From Nanobdellota archaeon (GTDB taxonomy: Archaea > Nanobdellota > Nanobdellia > Woesearchaeales > CAZZGN01), in assembly GCA_051819665.1 (NCBI GenBank), contig JBNJDG010000008.1, forward strand, positions 1-41,082: a stretch of DNA of 41,082 nucleotides. The letters are read 5' to 3'. Within the stretch, counting starts at the first letter, position 1. Each line of letters begins with the position of its first letter. This document shows, in pieces, positions 38,728 to 41,082 of this stretch. Under the pieces are notes generated by a model, which saw only the letters and a program-made list of their open reading frames with translations, was not told the DNA's origin and made no database searches. Position numbers and translations under genes: made by a program.

Positions 38728-39072
38728 ATGAAAGATTTCAAGAACAAAGTCATACAATCATTCAAACTTGCAAAGAACGACATATCAAGACTGGAACAGG
38801 ACCTTATCCTCTTTGCCCAGAGACAGGAGAAGATAATAAAGACCATGGAGGACCTGAAAGAAGAGAACAGGAAACTCAAGGCCAGGCTAGAAGAGAAAGA
38901 GAACGGGAAAGAAAACAAAGGTTCCAGTGATAAATTCGTAGCCGCAAAGAACGGCAAAGTGTTCTTCAAAGCCGATTCACCAGCTGCAAAAAGGATAAAA
39001 CCAGAGAATAAGGTAACATTCAGCACAAGGAAAGAGGCTCTTGATAAAGGACTCAGGCCTTCAAAAAGATAA
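38728..39072 (+). CDS. Coiled-coil protein with C-terminal Ada metal-binding-like domain lacking Cys
   Basis: Heptad-rich N-half; FVAAKNGKVFF...AKRIKPENKVTF.T..EA...G.RPS; GGTGAT SD. Confidence 0.72.
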   Translation: MKDFKNKVIQSFKLAKNDISRLEQDLILFAQRQEKIIKTMEDLKEENRKLKARLEEKENGKENKGSSDKFVAAKNGKVFFKADSPAAKRIKPENKVTFSTRKEALDKGLRPSKR

Positions 39073-39073
39073 G

Positions 39074-39442
39074 TTAACCTTCCATCATTTTCGGGCTTAT
39101 GAGGTCTTTACACCTCATCTCCTCCCCCTCATTATCAAGACGCTCGCATAGAGTCTCATTATTTGTTCTTGTAGCGAATACATAGATACAATCATTCAAT
39201 GCCTGAGAGTTCTCTATCAGGCCACAAAGCTCCGGATCCTTCATCTCCATGGAAAGCGCATAATAACAATGATCTTTCTTATCTATGGGGTTGACATAAT
39301 CCATCTCCCCCATGATAGTCCCTCTCTGTTTCTCCATGCAGTTCTCCATGAATTCAGTCTCTTCATCATTAAGGCTGTCATCAAGACCACTGCAACCAGT
39401 AAGGAAAACCAGCGCCAATATCAGAAGTATTAATCTTTTCAT
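39074..39442 (-). CDS. Cys-rich lipoprotein (hypothetical)
   Basis: Lipobox LTGC; repeated D.C(Y/I)...A....D/N..LC..(I/L) units. Confidence 0.75.
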   Translation of the reverse strand: MKRLILLILALVFLTGCSGLDDSLNDEETEFMENCMEKQRGTIMGEMDYVNPIDKKDHCYYALSMEMKDPELCGLIENSQALNDCIYVFATRTNNETLCERLDNEGEEMRCKDLISPKMMEG

Positions 39443-39466
39443 AGTGAATACTTAAGAATAAAGAAC

Positions 39467-39886
39467 TTATATATTTTTCTGTTTGGATTTTTTCAGTATC
39501 ACACAATCACCTATCTTGCTTACATCGGAAGCAGGTATCTCAAATTCCTCGGTCTCGTTGATTATAATGAAATAATCAGGGTGCTTTCTTTTCATAGCTA
39601 CATTCTTCACACGGCCGATCTCTTTGCCGCTGTAGGTAAGAACCTTTAACCCCTTATACCTTCCCGGGGGGATCGTATTAAGGAAGACCACATCCTTCCC
39701 GAAGTGTTCTATATACTTTATCCCGACGAATATATCGGGCTTCAGGAACCCCGTATCTATTGTTATCCCAACAGTGCCTTTATCCTTCTTTGAGATATGC
39801 AGCTTGGTTATCACACCTATAATCGCCCCTTCAGGGTCAACAGCATGCTTACCGAGGATATCATCAGCCGTTATTATATCTGTCAT
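39467..39886 (-). CDS. Tandem PRC-barrel domain protein
   Basis: ILGKHAVDPEGAIIG.I and GLKVLTYSGKEIGRVKNV...IGDCVIL. Confidence 0.82.
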   Translation of the reverse strand: MTDIITADDILGKHAVDPEGAIIGVITKLHISKKDKGTVGITIDTGFLKPDIFVGIKYIEHFGKDVVFLNTIPPGRYKGLKVLTYSGKEIGRVKNVAMKRKHPDYFIIINETEEFEIPASDVSKIGDCVILKKSKQKNI

Positions 39887-40308
39887 TTTCTCGTATTGAG
39901 TATAATATTCTTCTTGAGTACGTTTATCTCCTTATAAGGTATCTTGAAAGATTTGGAAAAATATCCCTTTTTCAGGATAAGATTGGTGAAATCATTGGAA
40001 TTATCCTTTCTCTCAACACCAATAACCCTCCCCAGATTCTTACCGTCCGAATCGAATACCCTTTTCCTGAGATGATTATAGACTGGTTCTATGGAAAGTA
40101 TTATGGCCTCTTCATCGGAAGAGAAATACTTCTTATCTATGAACATGTATCTCTTTCCCTTCACTATGATTCCTTCAACATAATAATCCCTGATCACAAG
40201 ATCTTTCACCTTGCCCACATGATCTCCCGATTTCGAGAAGACCTTCTTTCCGAGATAAGAGTTTAGCGAATTCTCTGTACTGATTTTCCTTTCTGTTATG
40301 ATTTTCAT
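39883..40308 (-). CDS. Tandem PRC-barrel domain protein
   Basis: LGKKVFSKSGDHVGKVKDL and KRVFDSDGKNLGRV; 4-nt overlaps with both neighbours. Confidence 0.82.
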   Translation of the reverse strand: MKIITERKISTENSLNSYLGKKVFSKSGDHVGKVKDLVIRDYYVEGIIVKGKRYMFIDKKYFSSDEEAIILSIEPVYNHLRKRVFDSDGKNLGRVIGVERKDNSNDFTNLILKKGYFSKSFKIPYKEINVLKKNIILNTRK

Positions 40309-40934
40309 GATATCACCAACACATAAAACGTGCTTATTATCGCATACTTTGCCCCTTGTCCCGCTATGAAATATACATAAAACCTTATCCTGTTATACCT
40401 GAAAACACCGATTATAGCCGATAATGCCTGGGCAGGAAAGGGAAGTATATTGAATATGAATATACCAGGAGGACCGTACTTATTTATGGTCGCCTTTATC
40501 TTATAAAACTTTCTGGTACTTATTATCTTTTTTGAGAGTTCCCTGAGCCTTAGACCAATGAAATAATTGATGTTGAACGAGATGAACATACCTGTAAGAT
40601 AGAGCAGTATTGCCAGAACTGGATTATGTCCCTGGGAGAGGAAAGCGATGAAAAAGCCTTCCATCGGGATGATGAAGAAAAAAAGCCCGCCGAATAATGC
40701 TGTGTAAAAGACAGAGAGGAGACTCTGTCCGCTTATCTGCTGCCCTATATGGCTTATTATCTTATGCGGGATGGAGAGTATAGGATGAGTTGTATTTCTC
40801 AGAAATACAATATATAAAACAACAACAGCGATAATTGCAAAGAAAGTTACGGCTGTCTTGATCCAGAACTTCCTCTTCTCCTCCAGATTATAGGAGAACA
40901 AACCTAATCTTGAAAATTCGACCATAGAGATCAT
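40305..40934 (-). CDS. DedA/VTT (SNARE-associated) family membrane protein
   Basis: INYFIG, KYG..GIF..N.LPFP, G..RY...RF....AG...KY; start at 40934 or 40925. Confidence 0.78.
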   Translation of the reverse strand: MISMVEFSRLGLFSYNLEEKRKFWIKTAVTFFAIIAVVVLYIVFLRNTTHPILSIPHKIISHIGQQISGQSLLSVFYTALFGGLFFFIIPMEGFFIAFLSQGHNPVLAILLYLTGMFISFNINYFIGLRLRELSKKIISTRKFYKIKATINKYGPPGIFIFNILPFPAQALSAIIGVFRYNRIRFYVYFIAGQGAKYAIISTFYVLVIS

Positions 40935-41037
40935 GGAGATTCTTTCATTTATAAATATTGAGGAAAAGCACTTCGTTCGGAATAAGAACAAAGTTCCCAA
41001 TGTTTTAGTCAAGTTTTTCTAAAAAACTTGAGAAGTA

Positions 41038-41082
41038 CGGACCTGGTGGGATCCTGAACAAATTGTTACGCGAATTTGATAC
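41038..41082 (-). tRNA. 3' tRNA exon (41038-41052) preceded by a putative T-loop intron hairpin, truncated by window end
   Basis: Minus strand GTATCAAATT-CGCGTAAC-AATTTGTTCAGG then ATCCCAC-CAGGTCC-G, followed by a T-rich tract. Confidence 0.6.

Noticed and set aside
1..41082. Whole window as a transposon or prophage bounded by terminal repeats
   Set aside because: The repeats look like tRNA 3' ends and are inverted (att sites would be direct); the content is housekeeping, with no transposase, active integrase or virion genes
1..41082. CRISPR array or rRNA
   Set aside because: No regularly spaced repeats, and no long non-coding stretch; intergenic gaps are all under ~250 nt

Overview
A 41 kb stretch of a compact archaeal chromosome, most likely DPANN (Woesearchaeota/Nanobdellota-like). 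The assignment is inferred from GatDE, CDC48, ABCE1, TrmI, DUF99, tRNA-Gly with A73, TATA-box promoters, GGTGAT-type Shine-Dalgarno sites and tight ATGA gene overlaps. It holds about 41 CDSs, two intact tRNAs (Cys-GCA, Gly-CCC) and one frameshifted relic (COG1373/DUF4143-type ATPase C-terminus). An identical tRNA 3' fragment sits at both extreme ends in inverted orientation, and the right copy is preceded by a hairpin where the T-loop should be, suggesting T-loop-intron tRNAs. Functions cover glucan/sugar metabolism, pyrimidine and purine metabolism, base-excision repair, Fe-S assembly (SmsCB-like with a regulator and candidate operator), proteostasis, a split RND exporter operon and a PRC-barrel/DedA operon. 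Most notable: (1) ABCE1 that has lost exactly one of its two Fe-S ligand sets, echoed by a Cys-poor family-4 UDG and a Cys-free Ada-like domain; (2) an operon of a divergent PfkB kinase and a PPi-type PfkA with a rewired sugar site; (3) an intact but catalytically dead tyrosine-recombinase-fold protein with a very basic tail; (4) the terminal intron-tRNA repeats; (5) a PyrE with internal duplications. No CRISPR array, rRNA or intact mobile element was seen. All calls are by eye, without database searches.
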